From contig JASFYR010000008.1 of assembly GCA_045047115.1 (NCBI GenBank), forward strand, positions 64,001-128,000: a stretch of DNA of 64,000 nt. The letters are read 5' to 3'. The DNA is from Sulfurospirillum sp. (GTDB taxonomy: Bacteria > Campylobacterota > Campylobacteria > Campylobacterales > Sulfurospirillaceae). Numbering within the stretch: the first letter of the stretch is position 1; each line of letters opens with the position of its first letter. Shown here in pieces: positions 9,387 through 19,747 of the stretch. Below the pieces are notes generated by a model. The model saw only the letters and a program-made list of their open reading frames with translations, did no database searches and was not told where the DNA came from. The translations under genes and the position numbers were made by a program.

Positions 9387-9890
9387 ATGAGCAGTATAAA
9401 TGGTAAAGTATGGAAATTTGGAGATAATATAGACACTGATTTGATAATTGCTGCCAGATATCTAAGCACTTCTGAGCCTGGTGAGTTGGCAAAACATGTT
9501 ATGGAAGACGCTGATCCGCAGTTTGTAGAGAAGATGAGCGAAGGAGATGTGATAGTAGCCGGTGAAAATTTTGGTTGCGGCAGCAGTCGTGAGCATGCTC
9601 CTATCGCTTTGAAAGCCGCTGGTATAAGTGCAGTAGTAGCTAAAAGTTTTGCAAGGATTTTTTATAGAAATGCTTTCAATATGGGACTTGCGATATTTGA
9701 ACTTCCTCAAAGTAATGAGATAAAAGAGGGTGATGTGATAGAAATAGATATGGAAAAAGGTGAGATAAAAAATGAAGATAGAGTTTATAAGTTTACCCCA
9801 ATTCCTCCGTTTATGCAAGAGCTGATAGCAAGTGGCGGACTCATAAATTTTGCCAAAAAAGAGATAGAAGATACTCTATGCAAAGCATAA
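9387..9890 (+). CDS. leuD: 3-isopropylmalate dehydratase small subunit
   Basis: [31 protein letters not shown]. Confidence 0.95.
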   Translation: MSSINGKVWKFGDNIDTDLIIAARYLSTSEPGELAKHVMEDADPQFVEKMSEGDVIVAGENFGCGSSREHAPIALKAAGISAVVAKSFARIFYRNAFNMGLAIFELPQSNEIKEGDVIEIDMEKGEIKNEDRVYKFTPIPPFMQELIASGGLINFAKKEIEDTLCKA

Positions 9891-9928
9891 GCAATAGTAG
9901 CGAGGAATTTAAGAGGGGCTTTGCCTCT
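9871..9928 (+). repeat. Dispersed intergenic repeat copy overlapping the leuD 3' end
   Basis: ATACTCTATGCAAAGCATAAGCAATAGTAGCGAGGAATTT is 34/40 identical to the minus strand of 23386-23424; followed by the AGAGGGGCTTTGCCTCT hairpin, as at ~2054-2080. Confidence 0.7.
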
Positions 9929-9946
9929 ATTGAAGGAGACAATAAT

Positions 9947-11017
9947 ATGAAATCATACAATATAGCAGTCATAAAAGGCGACGGTATAGGTCCTGAAATT
10001 GTAGATGAGGCTATAAAAGTTCTAGATGCCGTTAGTAAAAAAGAGGGATTTGAGCTAAACTATAAAGAGTATTTGATGGGCGGATGTGCCTATGAGGCAG
10101 TCGGCAATCCTATACCAGATGAGACCATAGAGGGGAGTAAAAAAAGCGATGCTGTGCTTTTTGGCGCGATAGGTGGCTATAAATGGGATAACTTGCCACG
10201 AGAGCTAAAACCCGAGAGTGGTCTTTTGAAGCTAAGAAAAGAACTGGGACTCTTTGCAAACCTAAGACCCGTAGCAGTTTTTGATGAACTTATAGAGGCA
10301 AGCAGTATGAAGCCTGAAGTTATAAAAGGGGTTGATCTGCTTGTGGTACGAGAGCTTACGGGTGGTATATATTTTGGTGAGCCTAGAGTCAATGACGGTC
10401 AAATTGCCTATAACACTATGGTATATACAAAAGACGAGATACAAAGAATTGCAAAAGTTGCCTTTGAATCAGCCATAAAGAGAAGAAAAAAACTCTGCTC
10501 GGTTGACAAAGCAAATGTCTTGGAAGTCAGTCGTTTGTGGAGGGCAACAGTCGATGAAATGTCTAAGGATTATCCAGAGGTTGAAGTCTCTCATATGTTT
10601 GTTGACAATGCGGCTATGCAGTTAGTGCGAGACCCGAGACAGTTTGATGTTATACTCACGGGTAATATCTTTGGTGATATTTTAAGTGACGAAGCAAGTA
10701 TAATGAGTGGTTCTATCGGATTGCTCCCATCCTCTTCAGTTGGCGGAATGGTCGGACTTTATGAGCCGATTCACGGTTCAGCTCCTGATATAGTCGGACA
10801 AGGTATAGCAAATCCTATTGCTACGATTTTGAGTGCGTCTATGATGCTTAGATACTCTTTGGAAGAGGTAAGAGCGGCCGATATGATAGACAACGCTATA
10901 AAAGAGGCTTTATATGAGGGTTACAGAACTCCTGATTTGGCAAAATACCACGCAAAAGTTGTCTGCTCTACTGCTCAAATGGGTACAGTTATAATTGACA
11001 AGATAAGCAAGGTCTAG
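9947..11017 (+). CDS. leuB: 3-isopropylmalate dehydrogenase
   Basis: [46 protein letters not shown]; start at ATG 9947 after GAAGGAG. Confidence 0.96.
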   Translation: MKSYNIAVIKGDGIGPEIVDEAIKVLDAVSKKEGFELNYKEYLMGGCAYEAVGNPIPDETIEGSKKSDAVLFGAIGGYKWDNLPRELKPESGLLKLRKELGLFANLRPVAVFDELIEASSMKPEVIKGVDLLVVRELTGGIYFGEPRVNDGQIAYNTMVYTKDEIQRIAKVAFESAIKRRKKLCSVDKANVLEVSRLWRATVDEMSKDYPEVEVSHMFVDNAAMQLVRDPRQFDVILTGNIFGDILSDEASIMSGSIGLLPSSSVGGMVGLYEPIHGSAPDIVGQGIANPIATILSASMMLRYSLEEVRAADMIDNAIKEALYEGYRTPDLAKYHAKVVCSTAQMGTVIIDKISKV

Positions 11018-11023
11018 TTCATA

Positions 11024-11269
11024 ATGGTAAAAACTCTCACTCTGGCATCTATATACGAGCTTCAAGGCTTAAAATCAGATGCGTTGGATATCTATAAGGA
11101 TATACTTAAAAACGATCCGAACAACAAAGAGGCAAGAGTAGCAATACGAAGACTTAGCGGAATCAGAAAAAAATACTTGGGAGTTGATGAGCAGATGAAG
11201 GATTTTTTTGTAAATATGAAGAGCAAGGTAGAGTTTTTGGAATTCGAAAGATGGTTGGTTAAACTTTGA
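11024..11269 (+). CDS. Conserved small TPR-like hypothetical protein
   Basis: TLTLASIYELQG.K.DAL.IY..IL..DP.N.EA TPR-like pattern; precedes the ciaD-like gene as in Campylobacter. Confidence 0.75.
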   Translation: MVKTLTLASIYELQGLKSDALDIYKDILKNDPNNKEARVAIRRLSGIRKKYLGVDEQMKDFFVNMKSKVEFLEFERWLVKL

Positions 11270-11283
11270 TGAGTGAGGGTGAT

Positions 11284-11616
11284 ATGGAACTAAAAGAGAT
11301 GATTATATCTACTTTGGCAGAATTAGAAGATAGCAATCAAGACGAAGAGCTGCAAGATGCAAAAGCACAAAGCAAAAAAGAGGATAAAATTGCGATAAAA
11401 GACGATCTTCCAAATCCTATGGATGTAGACAGTATAACAAGTAGTGAAAAGCAGTTTTATGAAAACATCAGGGAGAGGATTTTGGTTCTTTTTGAAGGTT
11501 TTCAATCACCAAACAATAAAAATATAGAGGCAAAAGTTGATTTGACACTAAATTTTTTAGAGTATCTTTTAGCTACCATAGATGAAAGATTGGAAAATTT
11601 AAAAACCAAAGAGTAA
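11284..11616 (+). CDS. CiaD-like protein
   Basis: C-terminal F..NIRERILVLFEG.....N.E.KVDLTLNFLEYLLA motif; same position before cca-purU as C. jejuni Cj0788. Confidence 0.75.
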   Translation: MELKEMIISTLAELEDSNQDEELQDAKAQSKKEDKIAIKDDLPNPMDVDSITSSEKQFYENIRERILVLFEGFQSPNNKNIEAKVDLTLNFLEYLLATIDERLENLKTKE

Positions 11617-12725
11617 TGAGTCTGATAAAAAATCTACCACCACATCTAAAAATCCAATTTGAAAAAGTGCAAAATTTTCTGAAAAACCACACAAATCGTG
11701 CTTACCTATCAGGTGGAGGAGTGAGGGATCTAGTGATGAAACAACCTCTTAAAGACCTGGATATTGAGGTTTATGACATAGATGATATGCATTTTGATTG
11801 CTTGATGAAGAGGCTTGGCGCCAAAGGAGTCGGTAAGAGTTTTTTTGTCTACAAATTAGGAGATATCGATATATCTCTTCCTAGAGTTGAGAGAAAAAAC
11901 GGTATAGGTCATAAAGCTTTTGAAGTAGAACTTTGTGATGATGAAAAAGAGGCTTCAAAGAGGCGCGATTTCACTATGAATGCCATGATGCTGGATATAT
12001 TTGATTATAAGCTTTTGGATTTTTATGGTGGCTTAAAGAGTATAGAGAGTAAAACCATCAGCCTGGTTGATGAGACAAGTTTTAAAGATGACAGTCTGAG
12101 AGTTTTGAGGGCTGTTCAGTTTAGCTCAAGATTAGGTTTTAAGATAGATGAAAAGACTCTAGGAATTATGGATGAAATTTCTCTTGAAGATTTGAGCAAT
12201 ACGAGGATTTTTTGGGAACTTGAGAAGCTGTTTTATGCCTCAAATCTTCACTTTGGACTCTACTATATGTATAGACTTCATCTGTTTGAAAAACTCTTTG
12301 TATACAGAGCTGAAGACAGACTCTTTTGCAAGTGTGCGCTGGAGTTGGGAAGAGCAAATGCAAGTTTTGAAAAAGATATCTATCCTTACTATTTTTTATA
12401 TGTAGTTGTCAATATTTTAGGCTTTAGCATATCTAAGATTTTAAAGAGTATCGAAGCACCTAGACACTTTGAGAGAGCTTTAAAAAATCAGCCTTTTTAT
12501 GATGGAGATGTAAATGATAAGCAACTTAAAACGATAGCGATAGATATGCCTCTTAAAGAGTGGCTTGGAAATTACAAAAAAGGGGTAAAGAAAAGGGCTC
12601 AAGAACTTGATATTTGGGATAAAAGATTTGATGGCGGTATTAAGATCAGTGATGTTATAAGCGAGGGATTTGAAAAAGATGAGATTAAAAAAGAGTATAA
12701 AAGAAGGGTATTAGGTACGATATGA
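11616..12725 (+). CDS. cca: CCA tRNA nucleotidyltransferase
   Basis: GG.VRD..M....KDLDIE, RRDFTMNA, F.DDSLRVLRAVQFSSRL. Confidence 0.92.
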   Translation: MSLIKNLPPHLKIQFEKVQNFLKNHTNRAYLSGGGVRDLVMKQPLKDLDIEVYDIDDMHFDCLMKRLGAKGVGKSFFVYKLGDIDISLPRVERKNGIGHKAFEVELCDDEKEASKRRDFTMNAMMLDIFDYKLLDFYGGLKSIESKTISLVDETSFKDDSLRVLRAVQFSSRLGFKIDEKTLGIMDEISLEDLSNTRIFWELEKLFYASNLHFGLYYMYRLHLFEKLFVYRAEDRLFCKCALELGRANASFEKDIYPYYFLYVVVNILGFSISKILKSIEAPRHFERALKNQPFYDGDVNDKQLKTIAIDMPLKEWLGNYKKGVKKRAQELDIWDKRFDGGIKISDVISEGFEKDEIKKEYKRRVLGTI

Positions 12726-13555
12726 ATAAATATGTATTGAAGATAAAATGTTCTGATGCAAAAGGTTTGATATATAAGATTTCAAATGTTTTATATAAAA
12801 ATGATTTAAATATAGAGAAAAACAGTGAATTTGTTGATGGCCAAAACAGAAAATTCTTTTTTAGAGCAAGGCTGGATGGCGCCATAGATACACAAAAGAT
12901 AAAAGAGGAACTTCAAAAGGTTATGCCTGAAGATGCAGTCATAACCTTAAGAAAAAAAGTAAAGAAAAAGATCATTATTTTAGCTACAAAAGAGTCACAC
13001 TGTTTAGGTGATATATTGCTTAAACATGACAGTGCCGAGCTAAATGCAGATATACTCTGTGTCGTCTCAAACCACGACTCACTAAAATCTCTTTGTGATA
13101 GATTTGGCGTGAAATACCATTTTGTATCAAGTGATGGTTTAGATAGGGTTGAACATGAAAAAAATATTTTTGAAGTACTTGAGAGATACGAGGTCGATTA
13201 TCTTGTTTTAGCAAAATATATGAGGATTTTATCTGAAAATTTTGTCTCTAAATATGAGCAAAAAATCATAAATATACATCACTCTTTCTTGCCGGCTTTC
13301 ATCGGCGCAAATCCCTACAAGCAAGCCTATAAGAGAGGTGTTAAAATCATCGGTGCAACTGCACACTTTGTAAACAACAATCTGGATGAAGGACCTATTA
13401 TCGCTCAGGATGTTATATCGGTAAATCATGAATTAAATTGGAAAGACATGCAAAAAGCTGGCAGAAATGTAGAAAAAACTGTGCTTTCAAATGCACTTGA
13501 TTTGGTTTTTGATGACAAAATCTTTGTTTATCAAAACAAAACGGTGATTTTCTGA
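12722..13555 (+). CDS. purU: Formyltetrahydrofolate deformylase
   Basis: N-terminal ACT domain, VLAKYMRILS, IINIHHSFLPAFIGANPY.QAY.RGVKIIGATAH. Confidence 0.97.
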   Translation: MNKYVLKIKCSDAKGLIYKISNVLYKNDLNIEKNSEFVDGQNRKFFFRARLDGAIDTQKIKEELQKVMPEDAVITLRKKVKKKIIILATKESHCLGDILLKHDSAELNADILCVVSNHDSLKSLCDRFGVKYHFVSSDGLDRVEHEKNIFEVLERYEVDYLVLAKYMRILSENFVSKYEQKIINIHHSFLPAFIGANPYKQAYKRGVKIIGATAHFVNNNLDEGPIIAQDVISVNHELNWKDMQKAGRNVEKTVLSNALDLVFDDKIFVYQNKTVIF

Positions 13556-14034
13556 TGTTTAATATCGTCTTGGTTCACCCACAAATCCCACAAAATACTG
13601 GAAGCATAGGCAGAATATGCGTAAATACAGACTCACGACTTCACATCATAAAACCGACTTGCTTTGAGATAAATGACAAAAATGTAAAAAGAGCAGGATT
13701 GGACTATTGGCATCTTTTGGATATAACAGTATGGGAAAGCCTAGATGAGTTTATGGATGCAAATTCTAGGTATTTAGACAGATTTTTCTTCTCCACTACA
13801 AAGAGTAAGAAGCCATATTTCCAAGCAGATTTTAGAGATGGAGATTTTATATTTTTTGGTGGAGAATCAACAGGTTTACCTATGGAGTTGATGAGCAAAA
13901 AGTGGGAAAATGCCGTCACGATTCCTATGGGAAAAAACGGAAGAAGTCTAAACCTCTCTGTTGCAGTGGGTATAGTGCTTTATGATGCCATAAGACAAAA
14001 TTTTAGTTCCCTTGAGGCATTTGTTGATTTTTGA
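13555..14034 (+). CDS. trmL: tRNA (cytidine(34)-2'-O)-methyltransferase
   Basis: PQIPQNTG.IGR, RAGLDYW, FG.ESTGLP, RSLNLS. Confidence 0.93.
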   Translation: MFNIVLVHPQIPQNTGSIGRICVNTDSRLHIIKPTCFEINDKNVKRAGLDYWHLLDITVWESLDEFMDANSRYLDRFFFSTTKSKKPYFQADFRDGDFIFFGGESTGLPMELMSKKWENAVTIPMGKNGRSLNLSVAVGIVLYDAIRQNFSSLEAFVDF

Positions 14035-15169
14035 TATAGTCTTTATCGGAGCAGGGGCCAGCTCCTTAATGGCTGCTTCATTTTTGCAAAATCTCTCAAT
14101 TGCTTTGATAGACAGCTCAGCAAAAATTGCACCAAAAATAAAGATTTCAGGCGGTGGTCGATGTAACTTTACAAATGCAAATATCAGTAGCAAAAATTAT
14201 CTAGGAAACAGTGAGTTTGTAGAGAGGACATTTGAGAGTTTCGGGCAAAAAGAGCTGTTGGAATTTTTCAAATCCAATGGGCTTTTGTATGAACGAAGAG
14301 ATAGCGGAAAATATTTTTGTAAGAAGAGTTCTAGTGATATCATAGATATATTTGCCAAACTAAATAGAAAATCTACTTTTTTTCTATCTCAAGTAGTGCA
14401 AAATGTTGAGCATAAAGAGTGTTTCACGATAAAAACAGATAAAAAGATCATAAAAGCAAAAAAAATAGTAGTTGCTAGTGGAGGCTTGAGTTACAAGAGT
14501 TTGGGTGCAAGCGATATTGGCTATATAATAGCTCAAAAATTTGGTCATAATATAGTAACTCCGATTCCTGCTTTGGTTGGTTTTACGCTTCAAAAAGAGC
14601 AGTTTTGGATGAAAAGCTTAAGTGGTATATCTCTTGAAGTTGCTCTACATGTAGAAGGTAAAAAATTTGTTGATGATATGCTTTTTGCTCACAAAGGAGT
14701 GAGCGGACCAGCTGTTTTATCGGCTTCATTATACTGGAAAAAGGGTCTGATAAGTGTTGATTTTGCTCCAAATATAGATATATCAAAGCTATTACATCAA
14801 AAAAGTAAAAAGCATATAAGCTCTATCCTTCCCTTCCCAAAAAGATTTATCAAAGAGTATTTAAAATCTATCCATTTGGACGATGTAGCAGTAGATAGAT
14901 TGAGTGAGTTTCAAATACAGAAGTTGTGCAAACTCAAATCTTACAAATTTGCACCTGCTGGCAACTTTGGATATTCTAAAGCAGAAGTCACCAAAGGTGG
15001 TGTGAGCAGTGATGAGATAAATTATTTAACATTTGAGAGTATAATGAAGAAGAATTTGTACTTTATCGGTGAAGTACTTGATATTACGGGCGAGCTTGGT
15101 GGCTACAATTTTCAGTGGGCTTTTTCATCAGCAGCTGTGATGGCAAAAAATATGGAGAGAGATTTATGA
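14012..15169 (+). CDS. HI0933/BaiN family NAD(P)/FAD-dependent flavoprotein
   Basis: GAGAS, KIKISGGGRCNFTN, AEVTKGGV, GEVLDITGELGGYNFQWAFSS. Confidence 0.93.
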   Translation: MRHLLIFDIVFIGAGASSLMAASFLQNLSIALIDSSAKIAPKIKISGGGRCNFTNANISSKNYLGNSEFVERTFESFGQKELLEFFKSNGLLYERRDSGKYFCKKSSSDIIDIFAKLNRKSTFFLSQVVQNVEHKECFTIKTDKKIIKAKKIVVASGGLSYKSLGASDIGYIIAQKFGHNIVTPIPALVGFTLQKEQFWMKSLSGISLEVALHVEGKKFVDDMLFAHKGVSGPAVLSASLYWKKGLISVDFAPNIDISKLLHQKSKKHISSILPFPKRFIKEYLKSIHLDDVAVDRLSEFQIQKLCKLKSYKFAPAGNFGYSKAEVTKGGVSSDEINYLTFESIMKKNLYFIGEVLDITGELGGYNFQWAFSSAAVMAKNMERDL

Positions 15170-16359
15170 GATATTTTATAGTAGTTTTTTTAGTTTTAAC
15201 TTCGCTTTTTGCAAAAGATTTTAAGATTGCTACCTACAATGTACAAAATCTTTTTGATTTACAAAAAAATGGAGGCGAGTATAAAGAGTATATACCAAAT
15301 ACAAAATCAAAGTGGAACAAGAAAAATTTCAGTATAAAATTGAAACATATTTCAAAAGTGATAAAAGATTTGAAAGCGGACATTATAGCTTTGGAAGAAG
15401 TTGAAAATCTTAGTGCAGCAAGAGCTTTAAACAGGGCATTGAAAAGTAAAAAATACCCATATATCTATACTTTTTTAAAAAAATACAAAAATACAATAGA
15501 CAGCGTGGTTTTTTCAAGATACAAAGTGGCAAATAAATATTCGCTCAAAGTGGATGGATACCCAAGAGCTATACATGTTTTGAAATTCTACCTTGATCAC
15601 CATAAACTAACGCTCTATATAAATCACTGGCCGGCATACAAACACGGATATAAGGCTAGAGCTGCTTATGCCACAAAATTAAAATCTGCACTAAACAGTA
15701 AAGAAGAGAGTGTAATTTTAGGGGATCTAAATACCCCCTTGAGAGTAGAAAAAAATGGCTGGGGAAAGAGCTTGAGAGATATTTTGGATTCCGGAAATTT
15801 TAAAAAACCACTTTATGATTTATGGTATGAAGTACCGCCTACTATAAGATATACTCATGTTTATGGAAGAATTAAAAATGCACTTGACCACATCATAGTC
15901 ACCAAAAATCTTTTTAACGATAGAGGTTTTGAATATAAACCAAACTCTTTTGGAGTTTTTAGACCAAAATATTTAATAGACAAGTATGGTTATCCCAAAA
16001 GATGGAAGCTTAAAAACGGTAAAGTTCATTTGGGAGTTGGGTATTCGGACCACCTTCCTATATATGCAACTTTTCAGACGAAACCATATAGCAAAAAAGT
16101 CCTGCAAAGTGTAAGTATAAGCTATCTGAAAGGTATGTTTAATGATATGATGCCTGTTGTTTTAAAAAATGTAGAGGCCATAAGGGTTGACAAGTATGGA
16201 ATCACTATAGCAGACGGAAAAGATAGAATAAAAATTTATCTGCCGGATGAAAAATTTGAAAAAGGCAAGAAGTATGATATTTTAGTTAAAAGAATAGGAA
16301 AATATCATAGAAATATGGAGATAAGACTCTGTAGAATCATAAGAAAGGTTGGTAAATAA
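15166..16359 (+). CDS. Secreted endonuclease/exonuclease/phosphatase family protein
   Basis: Signal peptide, IATYNVQNLFD, ADIIALEEVEN, LGDLN, LDHI, GYSDHLP; start at ATG 15166. Confidence 0.88.
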   Translation: MRYFIVVFLVLTSLFAKDFKIATYNVQNLFDLQKNGGEYKEYIPNTKSKWNKKNFSIKLKHISKVIKDLKADIIALEEVENLSAARALNRALKSKKYPYIYTFLKKYKNTIDSVVFSRYKVANKYSLKVDGYPRAIHVLKFYLDHHKLTLYINHWPAYKHGYKARAAYATKLKSALNSKEESVILGDLNTPLRVEKNGWGKSLRDILDSGNFKKPLYDLWYEVPPTIRYTHVYGRIKNALDHIIVTKNLFNDRGFEYKPNSFGVFRPKYLIDKYGYPKRWKLKNGKVHLGVGYSDHLPIYATFQTKPYSKKVLQSVSISYLKGMFNDMMPVVLKNVEAIRVDKYGITIADGKDRIKIYLPDEKFEKGKKYDILVKRIGKYHRNMEIRLCRIIRKVGK

Positions 16360-16484
16360 TGTTTGATAATATAATGCTAGGCGCATTTGTCCTGTTTATG
16401 ATTTGGATGATGATAGGGTTCTTTCAACAAATGGAAAGACGAAAAAAAGAGAGAGAAGAAAAAGAAAAAGAGAAAGATAAATAA
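16359..16484 (+). CDS. 41-aa single-TM small protein (not in the ORF track)
   Basis: MFDNIMLGAFVLFMIWMMIGFFQQMERRKKEREEKEKEKDK; ATG overlaps the upstream stop (TAATG), hydrophobic helix plus charged tail. Confidence 0.6.
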   Translation: MFDNIMLGAFVLFMIWMMIGFFQQMERRKKEREEKEKEKDK

Positions 16485-16539
16485 AAGCACATTTTAGATA
16501 GAATATAATCCTTAAATTTATATAATCGAGGTTTTTTAT

Positions 16540-18582
16540 ATGAGCAAACCACTACTTATTGAGATCGGTGTCGAGGAGCTTCCGGCTATACCCTTTCTTA
16601 AAGAATATCCAAATATCGAGAAAAAATACAGTCAAATTTTACAAAATTATTCACTTCTGTGCGAGTTTGAGTTTTACTACACACCCAGAAGATTAGTTTT
16701 GTGGCATCGTGAGTTTCCACTTCACCAAGCTGATAAGGAGGAGGAGTTTTATGGTGCACCTCTTAGCATAGCATACAAAGACGGAGCTCCAACACCAGCG
16801 GCTTTAGGTTTTGCCAAAAAATGCAAAGTCAGTGTAGATGAGCTACAGACTGCCACAAAAGGCAGCAAAGAGGTATTGTATTATAAAAAAATCACCAGTG
16901 GAGGTGAATCAAAAGAGGCGATAGGTAAAATTGTAGATGAGTTTTTAAAGAGTCTAAGTTTTGGAAAATCTATGAGATGGGGATATAATGAAGAGAGTTT
17001 TATCAGACCTATTCGCTCTATTGCCTGTCTGCTTGGAGATGAGATTGTAGAGTTTGAGAGTTTTGGCGTGAACTCTTCAAACAAGGTATACCCGCATAGA
17101 CACATCTCTTACGAGCCTTTCTCTTTCGATTTTGCCGGTGATTATTTCAAAAAGATAGAAGAGAGCGGAATTACACTTTTTGCAGATGAGAGAGAGAAGA
17201 AGATTTTAGAAGATTTTAGAACTATAGAGGAACAAAATGGTGTAAAGATCGAGATAGACTCTGATTTGCTTGCCGAAGTTGTGGCGATCACAGAGCATCC
17301 CAAAGCCTTGATAGGAAGCTTTGATGAGGAGTTTTTGAGAGTTCCTGCTGAGGTGATTATGACTTCCATGAAAGAGCATCAGAGGTATTTTCCTGTATTT
17401 AAAAAAGGTACTTTGACAAATAATTTTATTGTCGTAAGCAATGCTATAAGTGATGATTATAGTTTAATTGTCAGTGGAAACGAGAAGGTTTTGAGAGCAA
17501 GACTGAGTGATGCTCTGTTTTTCTATGAAAATGATTTGAAAAACGGTTTGGATTTTTCAGGGCTGAAAGATATACTCTTTTTGGATAGTCTAGGCTCTGT
17601 TTTTGACAAAGAGATGCGAGAAAAAAATATAATAGACTATTTGTATAAAAAGTATGAAAATAGACTTTTGGAAGAGAGTAGTGACAAAGACAAACTTTTG
17701 GATTTGCTACATCGTTCTGTGCTCTTTTCAAAAGCTGATTTGCTTAGTGAAGTTGTTTATGAGTTTACAGAGTTGCAAGGCTTGATGGGTTACTACTATG
17801 CAAAAGCAGCTGGTGATGATGAGTTGGTGGCGCTATCTATAAAAGAGCAGTATCTGCCAAACAGTGAAGAGAGCCTCTTGCCTAGCACTCTTTTCAGCTC
17901 TTTGGTAGCACTCTCAAACAAGCTTGACTCTTTGATAGCTCTATTTAGCATAGGTAGAATTCCAACAGGAACAAAAGATCCTTTTGCATTAAGAAGAGCA
18001 GCAAATGGTATCATCAAGATAGTGCTTGAATATGGCTTGAAATTTAATATAGCAGAAGATTTGCATGCTATATCAAGACAGTACAAGAGTTTTGATATTG
18101 GTCTGTTGGAACAGTTTTTCATAGAGAGAATATATCAATTTTTTGATGTAAATCCATCGGTTATAAAGGCTGTGTTAGACAGTGGTGAGAGAGATATAGT
18201 GAAGCTCTCATTGAAGATAGAAGCACTTAGCAAAATAGTAAACAGTGATGGTTTTAAAGAGAGTTTTACCACTTTTAAAAGGATTGCAAATATCATCAAA
18301 AATCTAAATTTTGATGATATAAAGATTGACAAAAAGCTTTTGGAAACCAATGAAGAGAAGAGACTTTATAGAGAGTTTTTAAAGGTAAAAAACGGAATAT
18401 TTAAGACTTATGAAGCAAAACTTGATGCTCTTTTTGCGCTAAAACCTGTTATCGATGACTTTTTTGATAATGTTATGGTGAATGTTAAAAATGAGAAGAT
18501 AAAAACAAACAGACAAAATCTCATAGCTTCTATTTACCAAGAGTTTAAAGCAATTGCAGATATCAAAGAAATCTCTGTTTGA
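16540..18582 (+). CDS. glyS: Glycine--tRNA ligase beta subunit
   Basis: LLIEIGVEELP, TPRRL, KSMRWG, HQRYF, GNEKVLRARLSDA, EFTELQG.MG, DPFALRRAA. Confidence 0.97.
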   Translation: MSKPLLIEIGVEELPAIPFLKEYPNIEKKYSQILQNYSLLCEFEFYYTPRRLVLWHREFPLHQADKEEEFYGAPLSIAYKDGAPTPAALGFAKKCKVSVDELQTATKGSKEVLYYKKITSGGESKEAIGKIVDEFLKSLSFGKSMRWGYNEESFIRPIRSIACLLGDEIVEFESFGVNSSNKVYPHRHISYEPFSFDFAGDYFKKIEESGITLFADEREKKILEDFRTIEEQNGVKIEIDSDLLAEVVAITEHPKALIGSFDEEFLRVPAEVIMTSMKEHQRYFPVFKKGTLTNNFIVVSNAISDDYSLIVSGNEKVLRARLSDALFFYENDLKNGLDFSGLKDILFLDSLGSVFDKEMREKNIIDYLYKKYENRLLEESSDKDKLLDLLHRSVLFSKADLLSEVVYEFTELQGLMGYYYAKAAGDDELVALSIKEQYLPNSEESLLPSTLFSSLVALSNKLDSLIALFSIGRIPTGTKDPFALRRAANGIIKIVLEYGLKFNIAEDLHAISRQYKSFDIGLLEQFFIERIYQFFDVNPSVIKAVLDSGERDIVKLSLKIEALSKIVNSDGFKESFTTFKRIANIIKNLNFDDIKIDKKLLETNEEKRLYREFLKVKNGIFKTYEAKLDALFALKPVIDDFFDNVMVNVKNEKIKTNRQNLIASIYQEFKAIADIKEISV

Positions 18583-19690
18583 TTTTGCCATTATAGGTGC
18601 AGGTATCAGTGGTGCCAGTTGTGCCTATTTTTTAAAGAAACGGGGCAAAAGAGTAGTTGTTATCGACTCAGATAAGATAGCCAACGGAGGAAGTGGAGCT
18701 GCTGGGGCTTTCTTGTCTCCTAAAATCTGCTCTCCCTCGGCATATACTGCTTTTATAAATGACTCTTTTGAATTTTCCATAAAGTTTTACCAAGATAACT
18801 TTGAGAAGTTTTTGGATATAACCGGAATTTTAAGAGTATTAAAAAGTAAAAGAGATATGGAACAATGTAGGTTTTATGAGGATGTTTTGCCAAAAAAATT
18901 CATATATTTAAAACCACAAGATATAAAATATCTTAAAAAGGATGCTTGCAAATTTGGAGCATATTTTTTTGAAGATGGAGCACTAATAGACAGTGTAGGT
19001 GTTGTAGAAGCTATGCTAGAAGATATAGAAGTGATAGAATCTTTACATGTAGAGTCTCTAAACTATGTAGGCGGACACTATGAGTTCGGCAACATAAAGG
19101 CAAAAGGTGTTGTTTTGTGTGCCGGAAATAGCAAAGATTTTTCTCACTTGGACTTTTTAGGATTGAAAGATATATGTGGACACAGGATAGATGTAAAAAC
19201 TCTTACAAATCTTCCTTTTCATATGCACAAATCCTGCTCTATCAGTGCAAATCGTGATGGAGTGGTACATATAGGGGCTACGCATATACCAAACTATAGA
19301 TACTCTAAAGATGATTGCTATAAAAAAGAGATAAAAGATATGCAGGAAAAGGCAAAATCATATCTCAATTTTGATTGTTTTGAAGTGCAAAAGATACACT
19401 TTGGAGTAAGAAACTCAACAAATGATTTTTATCCTGTCGCTGGCAGGGTGATAGATGCAAAAGAGACTTTGAAAAAATACCCATATATCACAAAAGGCTC
19501 CAAAGTTCCAAAAGAGAGTTATGTCTACTATCCTCATATGTTTGTCCACTGTGGTCTTGGTGCTAGAGGATTTGTGTTGGCTCCGAAAACAGCAGAGATT
19601 TTAGCAAAAAATATATGCGATAATGTGCCAATAGATAAAAAATTGGACACTCAAAGGCTTTTTTTAAAATATGCAAAAAGGAAAGTTTGA
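18554..19690 (+). CDS. FAD-dependent oxidoreductase (DAO family, resembles the MnmC oxidase domain)
   Basis: IIGAGISG, GGSGAAGAFLSP, GLGARGFVLAP. Confidence 0.8.
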   Translation: MQISKKSLFDFAIIGAGISGASCAYFLKKRGKRVVVIDSDKIANGGSGAAGAFLSPKICSPSAYTAFINDSFEFSIKFYQDNFEKFLDITGILRVLKSKRDMEQCRFYEDVLPKKFIYLKPQDIKYLKKDACKFGAYFFEDGALIDSVGVVEAMLEDIEVIESLHVESLNYVGGHYEFGNIKAKGVVLCAGNSKDFSHLDFLGLKDICGHRIDVKTLTNLPFHMHKSCSISANRDGVVHIGATHIPNYRYSKDDCYKKEIKDMQEKAKSYLNFDCFEVQKIHFGVRNSTNDFYPVAGRVIDAKETLKKYPYITKGSKVPKESYVYYPHMFVHCGLGARGFVLAPKTAEILAKNICDNVPIDKKLDTQRLFLKYAKRKV

Positions 19691-19747
19691 AACTATTTAG
19701 ATAGATATAGTATAATTATACAAGAAATATAAATAAGGAATTAAAAT

